From NCBI GenBank assembly GCA_038316215.1, contig JBBQAK010000001.1:1-42968 (forward strand): a stretch of 42,968 nucleotides of DNA, written 5' to 3'. The translations under genes and the position numbers were made by a program. The notes beneath the pieces are model-generated. The model worked only from the letters and a program-made list of their open reading frames with translations, made no database searches and had not been told where the DNA came from. This document shows, one piece after another, positions 1 through 8,852 of the stretch; position 1 is the first letter of the stretch; each line of letters starts with the position of its first letter. Source of the stretch: Gemmatimonadales bacterium. Lineage in GTDB: Bacteria; Gemmatimonadota; Gemmatimonadetes; Gemmatimonadales; Gemmatimonadaceae.

Positions 1-441
1 ACGCGACTTGGCGGGCCAACTTTCCGACACCAGGGCCGCGCCGCTGGCCCATTCGCCGCCCATGCCGAGCCCCAACAGCGCGCGGAAGAAGGCGAACTGC
101 CAGAACGTATTCGACAAACCGCAGGCCGCAGTGAACACGGAGTACAGCAGCACGCTGCAAATCATCGAGCGTGTGCGCCCGTAGCGGTCGGCCACCCATC
201 CGAAGAACAGCCCACCGGCGGCTCCGCCCAGCAGCGTGATGGAGCCGAGCGCGCCGGCCTGTGCCTTCGTGAGCCCCAACTCGGCGATCACCGCCGACAG
301 GGTGAGCGAGAAGAGCATCACGTCGAACGCGTCGAGCGCCCAGCCCATGGAAGCGGCGATGAGGGCGCGGCGCGGCTGCGGCGGCGCGCTGCGCCACCAG
401 CCCATCAGGCCGGTGTCGAGCGTAGTCGAGTCACTGCTCAC
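1..441 (-). CDS. MFS transporter, N-terminal part (runs off the window edge)
   Basis: Not in the ORF track. Manual translation from GTG 439-441 gives MSSDSTTLDTGLMGWWRS...MGWALDAFDVMLFS...FGWVADRYGR...FRALLGLGMGGEW. This has MFS motif A and the GGE motif. The start overlaps the upstream TGA (GTGA). Confidence 0.9.
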   Translation of the reverse strand, partial: MSSDSTTLDTGLMGWWRSAPPQPRRALIAASMGWALDAFDVMLFSLTLSAVIAELGLTKAQAGALGSITLLGGAAGGLFFGWVADRYGRTRSMICSVLLYSVFTAACGLSNTFWQFAFFRALLGLGMGGEWASGAALVSESWPAKSR

Positions 442-1439
442 GCCAACAGCTGCTCGGCGAACGTGGCCGCGTCGATGTTCGCGCCACACACCACGATGCC
501 CACGCGCTTCCCCTCGAGCCGTTGGCGTAGTGGATACATGAGCGCCGCCAGCGAGGCGGCACCGGCCGGTTCGACCACGAGCTTCGCCGCACGAAACGTG
601 AGCCGCATAGCGTCTCGGATCTGATCGTCGCTCACCAGCACGACCTCATTCACGAACTGTCTATTGAGCGCGAACGAATAAGGCTCGCAGCGCGGTGCGC
701 CGAGCGAATCGGCGATGGTGCGGACGGCGTCGATGGACTGCGGCGATCCGGCCGCGAAGCTGCGCGACATCGTATCGGCGCCTTTGGGTTCGACCACGTA
801 CACGTCGGTGCCCGGGCTCATCTGCTTCACGGCGCAGGCCACCCCGCCGGTCAGTCCACCACCGCCAGCGGCCACGATCACCGCGTCGAGCTCTTCGCCG
901 GCCGCCCGTACCTGATCGATGAACTCCATGCCTACGCTGGCGGTGCCGAGCGCCGTCTTGGGCCCCTCGTACGGATGCACAAACGTGCGCCCTTCGCTGG
1001 CTTCGATCTCTTTTACGCGGGCAAAGGCGGCGTGCACGTTCTCCACCAACTCGACCGTCGCACCAAGTTCACGACACACCTGTACGCGAAAAGCATTTGC
1101 CGTTTTCGGCATCACGACGGTGGCGGTGGTGCCGAGTACACGCGCCGAATAGCCGAGTGAGATGGCGTGGTTACCGGCCGACACCCCAACCACACCGCGG
1201 GCCAGTGCAGCGGCATCGAGATCCAGCATCACCGACAGCGCACCGCGCGGCTTGAAGCTGCCAGTGCGCTGAAAGAGTTCTTCCTTGATCCACACGCGCG
1301 TAGCGTCGCCCACCGCGCGCGCCAATGCATCATCGACGAGCAAGCGCACTGAGGTGGTGATGACGCGATCACCCAGTCGTGCGCGGTTGGCGCGGATCGC
1401 CTCGATGGTCGGGAAGTCTGCGTCGACGCCAGCGGTCAC
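438..1439 (-). CDS. PLP-dependent threonine/serine dehydratase (serine racemase-like, no ACT domain)
   Basis: PLP-lysine motif FQRTGSFKPRGA, plus SAGNHA, GGGGL and EPAGA motifs; 333 aa. Confidence 0.9.
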   Translation of the reverse strand: MTAGVDADFPTIEAIRANRARLGDRVITTSVRLLVDDALARAVGDATRVWIKEELFQRTGSFKPRGALSVMLDLDAAALARGVVGVSAGNHAISLGYSARVLGTTATVVMPKTANAFRVQVCRELGATVELVENVHAAFARVKEIEASEGRTFVHPYEGPKTALGTASVGMEFIDQVRAAGEELDAVIVAAGGGGLTGGVACAVKQMSPGTDVYVVEPKGADTMSRSFAAGSPQSIDAVRTIADSLGAPRCEPYSFALNRQFVNEVVLVSDDQIRDAMRLTFRAAKLVVEPAGAASLAALMYPLRQRLEGKRVGIVVCGANIDAATFAEQLLA

Positions 1440-2023
1440 GGCGCCGGCCGACGATACAATCCCACCAGCACAGCCTTCCCACGAATGTGCGACGCCATCG
1501 CGGCCATCACATCGCGTCGCGTGAGCGGCGGCGACAGACCGATCGGCGCTACGTTTACCATCGCGTCGAGGGCATACAGCTCGAACACGTAATGGTGCGC
1601 CGGTCCGGTGGCCGGTGCCGCCGGTCCCCGATAATACGGGCCAGTGCCACTGATCTGCCGCATGCCGTTCGCGGCCTGCGCACCTTGCGGGACGCCCTCA
1701 GGAAGCGAGGTGGCGTTGCCGGGGATATTCCACACCATCCAGTGCAGCAGGTCATCGGTGCCGTCACCGATCGCCGCATCCGCATCGTGCACCAGCAGCA
1801 CAAAACTGCGCGTGGAATCGGGCGCGCCGCTCCAGCTCAACGCGGGTGACACGTCACGACCAGTTTGCGCGTGGCGGGCCGGCATCATGCCGCCATCGGG
1901 GAAGGCGTTGGACGTGAGCGTCATCACCTGAATGGCTGGACGACGCTGTGCCGACGCGCGCGGTGGGACAAGTTGCAACGCGCACACGGCGACGGTCGCG
2001 AGCACTATGCGGATGGCCTTCAT
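1436..2023 (-). CDS. YbhB/YbcL family (PEBP, Raf kinase inhibitor-like) secreted protein
   Basis: SPALSW, HDAD, HWMVWNIP, YRGPAAP and HHYVFELYALD motifs with a signal peptide. ATG 2021-2023 overlaps the upstream TGA. Confidence 0.9.
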   Translation of the reverse strand: MKAIRIVLATVAVCALQLVPPRASAQRRPAIQVMTLTSNAFPDGGMMPARHAQTGRDVSPALSWSGAPDSTRSFVLLVHDADAAIGDGTDDLLHWMVWNIPGNATSLPEGVPQGAQAANGMRQISGTGPYYRGPAAPATGPAHHYVFELYALDAMVNVAPIGLSPPLTRRDVMAAMASHIRGKAVLVGLYRRPAP

Positions 2024-2883
2024 GAGAACGACTTCGGCTGACGCTTCCGCCACGCGTCGTACCGCGCGCGCAGCGTCTTCACCGGATTCAGATTCTCACC
2101 GGCCTTGATGGCGTTCGGTCCGCCCTGTTCCGGCTGCGTGACCGTGAGATACATGGCGTAGGTGCCGTTGTTGTGCGAGTCGCCGTTCGTGTCGTTCTGG
2201 TTCGCCATCAGGATGTAGGCGATGTACGACGTGCGCCCTTCGCACGGACTGGCCGGGGCCGACCCGTCGGCCGGCAGTGGCGGGCAGACACACCGACTGT
2301 CTCCACCGTATTGGTCGGCGGTTTCAAGCGCCGCCATCACGCGATCGGTGAGCGCCCCCTTGGTGTACAGGAACGCCTTCACCGCGTTCGGAATCACTTC
2401 GCCCGGACGCAGGATGTTGCCCTGAATCGAGTAGTAGATCTGCGTACCCGGCACCCGTCCCTGGATGTCCTGCGACACGTAGCCGTTGGTGAGTCCCTAG
2501 TGTCCGGCGCTGCGACCGGAGAGATCGAGAATTCCGAACTGCCGAGACTGAAAGGCCGGATCTTCGGAGAGCATCTCGATAATGCGCGCCGGGTCAGTGC
2601 CTTTGGCCAGCTCGCGGTACACCAGCATCTGGTTGGCGTGCGTCCCGTCCACGCCAGCCTGACAGGCCGCCACACCTCGGCCGGGCACCACGACGGCCTG
2701 AATTCCCATCAGGAAGGCATCGTTGTTATTGACGCAGGTGGCCGACGCGATCACCACGCGGCCAGTGGCCGCGTCGACGGCGATCACCGACCAGGTGGCG
2801 TGGGCCGCGCGCGGCAGGGTGATCGACAGCGCGACGAGGGCGACCGCAGAGCCGATGGCGCGGCGCAAAGAGGATGTGAGCAT
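2020..2883 (-). pseudogene. DUF1028 family (Ntn-hydrolase-like) secreted protein interrupted by an in-frame TAG at 2497-2499
   Basis: Track ORFs 2497..2994 and 2020..2478 are in the same frame: ...GRSAGH*GLTNGYVSQDIQG... Signal peptide ends AHA|TWSVIAVD. RQFGILD, QGNIL and GGDSRC motifs are typical of DUF1028. Confidence 0.8.
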
Positions 2884-2930
2884 GCCGCAAACGTGCGCCC
2901 TGAGCGACCGGATTGGCAAGGGACGTGCGA

Positions 2931-4373
2931 TTAACGCACCAACTGCACCGCCCACTGATACACGCCGCCGTACTGCTGGGCGGCGTGGTCCCACGAATTG
3001 TCCTCACGCATGCCGCGCGCCCGCAACAACGCCCAGCTCTCACGGTCACGATACACCTGCAGCGCTCGGCCGATGGCGTCGGCGAAGTGGTGCGCGTCGT
3101 AGGGATGAAAGCGGAAGCCGTTGCCGTCGTAACCTTCACGGACGGTATCGTTGAGACCACCGGTCGCGCGTACGATCGGCACACTCCCGTAGCGCAGCGC
3201 GATCATCTGCCCCAGTCCGCAGGGTTCGAAACGTGAGGGCATGAGAAAGGCGTCACTGCCCGCGTAAACGCGCTGCGCCAGCGCCGCGTCGAAGCCGATG
3301 CGCGCGGCGATGCGGTGCGGATGCGCCCGCGCGTGTTGCTGCATCACGAACTGCAGATGCGCGTTGCCCGACCCCAGGATCACGAGCTGTGCGTCGGTGC
3401 GCTGCAACAACCACGGGATGGCGTGATCGAGCAGATCGAGCCCCTTCTGTTCCACGAGCCGCGACACGATGCCGAGCAACGGGCGATCGGGCGCCACCGG
3501 AAGACCGAACTCCGCCTGCAACGCGGCTTTACAGACCACCTTGCCCGAGACGTCATCGGCATCAAACCGGGCCGCCAGATGCACATCGGTGGCGGGGTCG
3601 AAGGCCTCGCGATCGATCCCATTGAGAATACCGGCCACGCGATCACGCTTCGCGCGGAGCAAACCATCGAGTCGCTCCCCGTACTCGGCGGTCATGATTT
3701 CCTGTGCGTACGTGGGACTGACCGTGGTGACGACGTCATTGAACAGGATACCGCGGGCCATGAAGTTGAACGTGCCCGCGATACCCGGGCCCATGCTGTC
3801 TTCGGGCAAACCGCCTTCGGTGAGTCCGGCCAGCGCCAGCGTTCTGGTGCTGCGCTGCCCCTGATAGGCGAGGTTGTGAATCGTGAAGACCGTGGCGACG
3901 CGGCCAAAGGTGTAGGCGAAATACGTCTTCAGGTAGTTCGCGACCAGGGCCGCATGCCAGTCGTGACTGTGCACCACATCGGTCTGCCAGCGCTCCACTT
4001 CGCGTAGATGCTGCATAAGCGCCAGCACGCCACGCGCGAAAAGAATGAAGCGCCGATCGTCGTCCCCTTCCCCGTAAATCGCCGTGCGCTCGAAGGCCGC
4101 GGGAATGTCGAGCAGGTACACAGGCGTCTCACTGCCGGCCAGACGCCAGATGCGCACCTCTTCGTGGCGCTCCCCGACGGTCAGGAACGAGGCGGCGATC
4201 GGCCCTTCCACGGGGAGGCTGCGCTCGCGCAGTTCGCGGAAGTAGGGCATGACGACCCGCACGTCGTGTCCGGCTCGCCGCAGGGCAGCAGGCAGGGCGC
4301 CGGCCACATCGGCCAGGCCGCCCGTCTTGATCAGAGGTGCGACTTCAGCGGCCGCGAAGAGGACATTCATCAT
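2931..4373 (-). CDS. glgA: Glycogen synthase
   Basis: KTGGLADV, HDWH, TIHNLAYQG, RLVEQKG and PSRFEPCGL motifs. Start trimmed to MMNVLF. Confidence 0.96.
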   Translation of the reverse strand: MMNVLFAAAEVAPLIKTGGLADVAGALPAALRRAGHDVRVVMPYFRELRERSLPVEGPIAASFLTVGERHEEVRIWRLAGSETPVYLLDIPAAFERTAIYGEGDDDRRFILFARGVLALMQHLREVERWQTDVVHSHDWHAALVANYLKTYFAYTFGRVATVFTIHNLAYQGQRSTRTLALAGLTEGGLPEDSMGPGIAGTFNFMARGILFNDVVTTVSPTYAQEIMTAEYGERLDGLLRAKRDRVAGILNGIDREAFDPATDVHLAARFDADDVSGKVVCKAALQAEFGLPVAPDRPLLGIVSRLVEQKGLDLLDHAIPWLLQRTDAQLVILGSGNAHLQFVMQQHARAHPHRIAARIGFDAALAQRVYAGSDAFLMPSRFEPCGLGQMIALRYGSVPIVRATGGLNDTVREGYDGNGFRFHPYDAHHFADAIGRALQVYRDRESWALLRARGMREDNSWDHAAQQYGGVYQWAVQLVR

Positions 4374-4478
4374 TGCAAAATGCAGTCTGGAATCGCTTCG
4401 GGACACCCTTCCGCGAGACGAACCCGCGGCCCAGAATGAACAGATACCGTTTTTCTTCCCGATTGCGAGTAACCCGAT

Positions 4479-5744
4479 ATGACGTCAACGACCCGCCCCG
4501 GCGCGATTGTTCGATCCGCCATGGCCTACGTGCTGGCTGGAGGCCGCGGATCCCGACTGTACGAGCTGACCGACAGACGGGCCAAGCCGGCCGTCTATTT
4601 CGGCGGCAAGACGCGCATTATCGACTTCGCGCTCTCCAACGCCCTGAACTCAGGCATTCGCCGCATCGGCGTGGCCACGCAGTACAAGGCGCACAGTCTG
4701 ATTCGCCACCTCCAGCGCGGCTGGAACTTCCTGCGGCCCGAGCGCAACGAAAGTTTCGATATTTTGCCGGCTAGTCAGCGCGTCAGTGAAACGCAGTGGT
4801 ACGACGGCACCGCCGACGCCGTGTATCAAAACATGGATATCATCGAGGCGTATCACCCCGAATACATGGTGATCCTCGCCGGTGATCATATCTACAAAAT
4901 GGACTACGAGCAGATGCTCGAGCAGCATGTGAACCAGAATGCCGACGTCACCGTCGGGGTGCTCGAAGTGACCCGTAAGGAGGCGACGGGATTCGGCGTA
5001 ATGCACGTCGATGCGGACGACCGCATCGTGCACTTTCTCGAGAAGCCGGCCGACCCACCCGGCATTCCAGGCAATCCGGAGATGGCGCTCGCCAGCATGG
5101 GCATCTACGTGTTCAAGACCACGTTTCTGTTCGATCTGCTGCGCCGCGACGCCGCCGACGCGAGCTCATCGCGGGATTTCGGCAAGGACATCATCCCGTA
5201 CGTCGTCGCCAACGGTAAGGCGGTCGCGCACCGCTTCGGAACGTCGTGCGTGAAAGCCGATCGCGAAGTGGAGGCGTACTGGCGCGACGTGGGAACAATC
5301 GACGCGTACTGGGAGGCGAATATCGACCTCACGAGCGTGGTGCCGTCGCTCGACCTGTACGATCAGAATTGGCCGATCTGGACCTACAGCGAGATCACCG
5401 CGCCCGCGAAGTTCGTGCACAACGACACGCATCGTCGCGGCGCCGCTATCAATTCGTTGGTCGCCGGCGGCTGCATCGTGTCGGGCTCACACGTCGAGAA
5501 ATCGCTGCTCTTCACCGGAGTGAAGGTGCACTCCTTCGCGCATCTCCAAGGCGCCGTGGTGCAGCCCTACGTCGAGATTGGCCGCGGTGCGCGGCTACGC
5601 GACGTCGTCATCGATCGCGGCGTGGTCATTCCCGCCGGGCTCGTAGTCGGAGAAGACCCCGAGAGGGACGCCAAGCGGTTCCGGCGCAGTGCGAAGGGAC
5701 ACGTGTTGATCACGCAGCCCATGATCGACCAGCTCCCCGAGTAG
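4479..5744 (+). CDS. glgC: Glucose-1-phosphate adenylyltransferase
   Basis: [33 protein letters not shown] and YWRDVGT motifs. Confidence 0.97.
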   Translation: MTSTTRPGAIVRSAMAYVLAGGRGSRLYELTDRRAKPAVYFGGKTRIIDFALSNALNSGIRRIGVATQYKAHSLIRHLQRGWNFLRPERNESFDILPASQRVSETQWYDGTADAVYQNMDIIEAYHPEYMVILAGDHIYKMDYEQMLEQHVNQNADVTVGVLEVTRKEATGFGVMHVDADDRIVHFLEKPADPPGIPGNPEMALASMGIYVFKTTFLFDLLRRDAADASSSRDFGKDIIPYVVANGKAVAHRFGTSCVKADREVEAYWRDVGTIDAYWEANIDLTSVVPSLDLYDQNWPIWTYSEITAPAKFVHNDTHRRGAAINSLVAGGCIVSGSHVEKSLLFTGVKVHSFAHLQGAVVQPYVEIGRGARLRDVVIDRGVVIPAGLVVGEDPERDAKRFRRSAKGHVLITQPMIDQLPE

Positions 5745-5800
5745 CGGAACGGACGTCGCACTCGTGCAACGTCCGTCTGAGATTCGATCACCCGCCCACC

Positions 5801-6865
5801 TCACGCCGTATTGAGATTGTACCGCATGATCCGGGCGTGCACGCTCGTCATGTCCCGCTCGAGGTCGTACACATCACCGCGAGGACCCGGCGCCGCCGAC
5901 ACCAGCGAATGCAGCGCACCCCGCTCGGATTCGGTGAGCTCGAGTGATAGTGCAGCCAGCGTGGCCGGCAAGTGCTCGGCGTGACGCGCCCCAAAGATGA
6001 CCGACGTGACCGCAGCCTCGTCCAGCATCGCGCGGAGTGCGACCGCGCCGATCGTGCTGGCGTGCGCGTCGGCGACGCCGCGCATGGCGTGCAGCAACTG
6101 CTGAAACGCGGCCCAGCCGCCGAACTCGTCGATGATCAGCGTGTATTTCTCCAGCGATCGATTCTCGAGCGGCGGCGCGGGCTCCGGCGCGCCAAGCCAA
6201 CGCTCGTGGAAGAAGCCACCGGCCAGCGCGCCGTAGGTGAGCAATCCCACACCACGGTCGGCGCAGAGCGTAGCCATGGGGCCCAGCGCGCGGCGATCGA
6301 GCAGCGAGCACTGCACCTGATGCGATACGATCGGGATACCGGCGTCGAGCAACACGCGCAGTCGCGGCGTGTCGAAGTTGGTGACGCCAAGCTGCCGGAT
6401 CTTGCCGGCACGCTTGAGCTCTGCGAGATGGCCCGCGGCCTCGAGCCACCCCGGCACCTCGAAGTTCCACCAATGAAATTGCACGAGATCGAGCGATTCC
6501 ACGCCCAACCGCGAAAGTGAGCGATCGATCAGTCGCGCGATGTCCACGCGCGTAAGCGAGGGCAGCGCGTCACGATCGGGCACACACTTGGTGTGCACGC
6601 GAATCGTCGGCGCGGCGGCGCCGTACCGTTCATGCCAGCCGCGAAGGAACTCGCCGATGAGCTCTTCCACGCCGGTGTAAATGTCGGCACAGTCGAATGC
6701 CGTGATGCCCGCCTCGGCGAACGCGACCATGTCGGCAATGGCGCGCGCGCGGTCGACCGTGCCGTGTCCCCCAGCCAACTGCCAGCCGCCCTTGATGAGC
6801 CGGGGCACGACGTACCCCGGCGCCAGTTCGCGCGTGGGCACCGGAGGGTGATCAACAGCGCTCAT
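5801..6865 (-). CDS. Aldo/keto reductase
   Basis: GGWQL, FDCADIY, HTK, DLVQFHWW and GVTNF give the AKR tetrad D/Y/K/H. ATG 6863-6865 overlaps the upstream TGA. Confidence 0.92.
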   Translation of the reverse strand: MSAVDHPPVPTRELAPGYVVPRLIKGGWQLAGGHGTVDRARAIADMVAFAEAGITAFDCADIYTGVEELIGEFLRGWHERYGAAAPTIRVHTKCVPDRDALPSLTRVDIARLIDRSLSRLGVESLDLVQFHWWNFEVPGWLEAAGHLAELKRAGKIRQLGVTNFDTPRLRVLLDAGIPIVSHQVQCSLLDRRALGPMATLCADRGVGLLTYGALAGGFFHERWLGAPEPAPPLENRSLEKYTLIIDEFGGWAAFQQLLHAMRGVADAHASTIGAVALRAMLDEAAVTSVIFGARHAEHLPATLAALSLELTESERGALHSLVSAAPGPRGDVYDLERDMTSVHARIMRYNLNTA

Positions 6866-7233
6866 GATGCACCCGGAGCCAGAGGAAGCGGGACCAACGT
6901 CACGTCGGCGTGACGGAAGGTCGTGGTACCGGTGCGCGTAATCCGAAACCGCCCGCCGCAATGCGGATCCGGACAGGCGATCTCGGCGTCGGTCGTCATC
7001 CAGTCATTGGGATGCGTGGGCCGCTGCTTGGCAGGCAGTAACGGCAGCAGCGCCGCCAGCGGATAGATCGGGAACGTCTGACCGGCGGGAAACTCGAGGT
7101 TCTCGCCACGCAGCGTGAAGTAGTCGCCCGCCTGATGGTTGCACACCATAGCACGGTCGGTGGCGATCACGTCAACCCGCAGGTCGAACAGCGTGAAGGC
7201 GTCGTGATGGGTATCCCGCTTGGTCTCAGACAT
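6862..7233 (-). CDS. TIGR04076 family small Cys-containing protein
   Basis: MVCNHQAGDYF, LLPAKQR and IACPDPHCGGRFRITR motifs. Start at MSETKRD. Confidence 0.8.
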   Translation of the reverse strand: MSETKRDTHHDAFTLFDLRVDVIATDRAMVCNHQAGDYFTLRGENLEFPAGQTFPIYPLAALLPLLPAKQRPTHPNDWMTTDAEIACPDPHCGGRFRITRTGTTTFRHADVTLVPLPLAPGAS

Positions 7234-7353
7234 AGCGCGAACGATAGCGCCACACGACCTTCTCTGGCCATATGCCCAGCCCAACGCCGTCCTCCCACCC
7301 CACCCCTGCACCGCTCACCTTCGTGGTTGGACTCGCCGGTGCACTCGCGCCAG

Positions 7354-7461
7354 ATGCCCGTACTTGCCGCTGGCACCGTGGGTCTGTACAACACGTACAC
7401 TTGGGCACTGGTCGTGACGGTGCTTGTTGCGGTCATGTCGCGATACGGGAGAAAGCGATGA
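7354..7461 (+). CDS. Putative 35-aa single-TM peptide or gene remnant
   Basis: MPVLAAGTVGLYNTYTWALVVTVLVAVMSRYGRKR: hydrophobic core with a basic tail. Its TGA overlaps the sulfatase ATG. Confidence 0.3.
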   Translation: MPVLAAGTVGLYNTYTWALVVTVLVAVMSRYGRKR

Positions 7462-8852
7462 TACGAGTATTTCGACTGATGATCGCTGCCGGCGCGGCGC
7501 TGATCCTCGCCTCGCCCACGAACAGCCTTCGCGCCCAGGCGACCACGCCGGCGACCACGCCCACGAGCGTACGCCCCAACATCGTGCTCATTCTCACCGA
7601 CGATGTGGGCTACGGTGACATCGGCAGTTACGGATCGCGAGATATCCGGACGCCGAACATCGATCGACTCGCACGCGGCGGCGTGCGCCTCACCGACTTC
7701 TATGCGTCACCGCAGTGTACACCCACACGCGCGGCGCTGATCTCCGGGCGTTATCCGCAGCGCGTGTCGCTGGAGCGCGCGCTGAGTACGGCTGGTCCAA
7801 CGCTGGAAACAGGGCTGCCAGCCAACGGCAGTACACTGCCACAGTTGCTCAAGAACGCCGGCTACCGCACGGGGCTCGTGGGAAAATGGCATCTTGGCTT
7901 TCTCCCCGAGTATTCGCCCAACGCACACGGCTTCGACTACTTCTACGGTTTCCTCGCCGGCTACATCGACTTCTACACGCACACGCGCGGCATTGACGGA
8001 TTGCATGACCTGAACGAGAACGGCGTCGCGGTGAGCGACACGGGTTACATGACCGATCTGATTACGTCGCGGGCCGTACGGTTTATCGAGAACAACGCTA
8101 CCACACCATTCTTTCTCGAGGTGGCCTACAACGCCGCCCATTGGCCGTTTCAGCGCCCCGGGCATCCTACGCGCGCCGCGAACAACGGGCGCTTTCAGGC
8201 ACCCGACGACTCCATCCCCGCCACCCGCGCCGACTACATCGCGATGCTCGAGCATGCCGACGAGGGAGTCGGTACGATCATGGCCACGCTCAAAAAGCGC
8301 GGACTCGACAAGAACACGCTGGTGATTTTCACGAACGACAACGGCGGCGAGTGGCTGTCGAACAACGCACCACTCTTCCATCGCAAGGATACGCTGTGGG
8401 AAGGCGGCATCCGTGTGCCCACGATCTTCTGGTGGCCATCGGTGTTACCGGCCGGTCGTTCGAGGCATACGCCAGGGATCACGATGGATCTCACCACGAC
8501 GGTGCTCGCCACGGCTGGCGCGGCCATTCCTGGCAGCTTCGAAGGGCGTAATCTCGTGCCGCTGCTTGCCGGTCGAACGCCCGCCGGTCGCAGGGACGCC
8601 GCTGCTCTGGCGGAACGCCCACTGTTCTGGCGTATCGACACCGGGACGCGTCAACAGCGTGCGGTGCGTCGTGGGCGCTGGAAGCTGCTGGTCGACGACG
8701 ACGACTTGCTGTTGTTCGATCTGCCTCGTGATGTCGGTGAGCGACACGATGTGGCGGCACGCCACCCGGCGATCGTGCGCGAGCTGCGGGCATTGCTCGC
8801 CGCCTGGGAAGTCGACGTGAACGCCGAGGCTACGCGGACGGTACGGAAGTAA
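7458..8852 (+). CDS. Secreted sulfatase (Cys-type, formylglycine-dependent)
   Basis: PNIVLILTDDVGYGD, CTPTRAALISG (CxPxR), GKWHLG, DNGG and EGGIRVP motifs. Signal peptide; GGGAG upstream of ATG 7458. Confidence 0.95.
   Translation: MIRVFRLMIAAGAALILASPTNSLRAQATTPATTPTSVRPNIVLILTDDVGYGDIGSYGSRDIRTPNIDRLARGGVRLTDFYASPQCTPTRAALISGRYPQRVSLERALSTAGPTLETGLPANGSTLPQLLKNAGYRTGLVGKWHLGFLPEYSPNAHGFDYFYGFLAGYIDFYTHTRGIDGLHDLNENGVAVSDTGYMTDLITSRAVRFIENNATTPFFLEVAYNAAHWPFQRPGHPTRAANNGRFQAPDDSIPATRADYIAMLEHADEGVGTIMATLKKRGLDKNTLVIFTNDNGGEWLSNNAPLFHRKDTLWEGGIRVPTIFWWPSVLPAGRSRHTPGITMDLTTTVLATAGAAIPGSFEGRNLVPLLAGRTPAGRRDAAALAERPLFWRIDTGTRQQRAVRRGRWKLLVDDDDLLLFDLPRDVGERHDVAARHPAIVRELRALLAAWEVDVNAEATRTVRK

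Noticed and set aside
2497-2499. Genome-wide amber recoding or pyrrolysine
   Set aside because: glgC, copA, nuoC, the M20 peptidase and DUF427 all end at TAG at their expected lengths, and no pyl genes are in the window.
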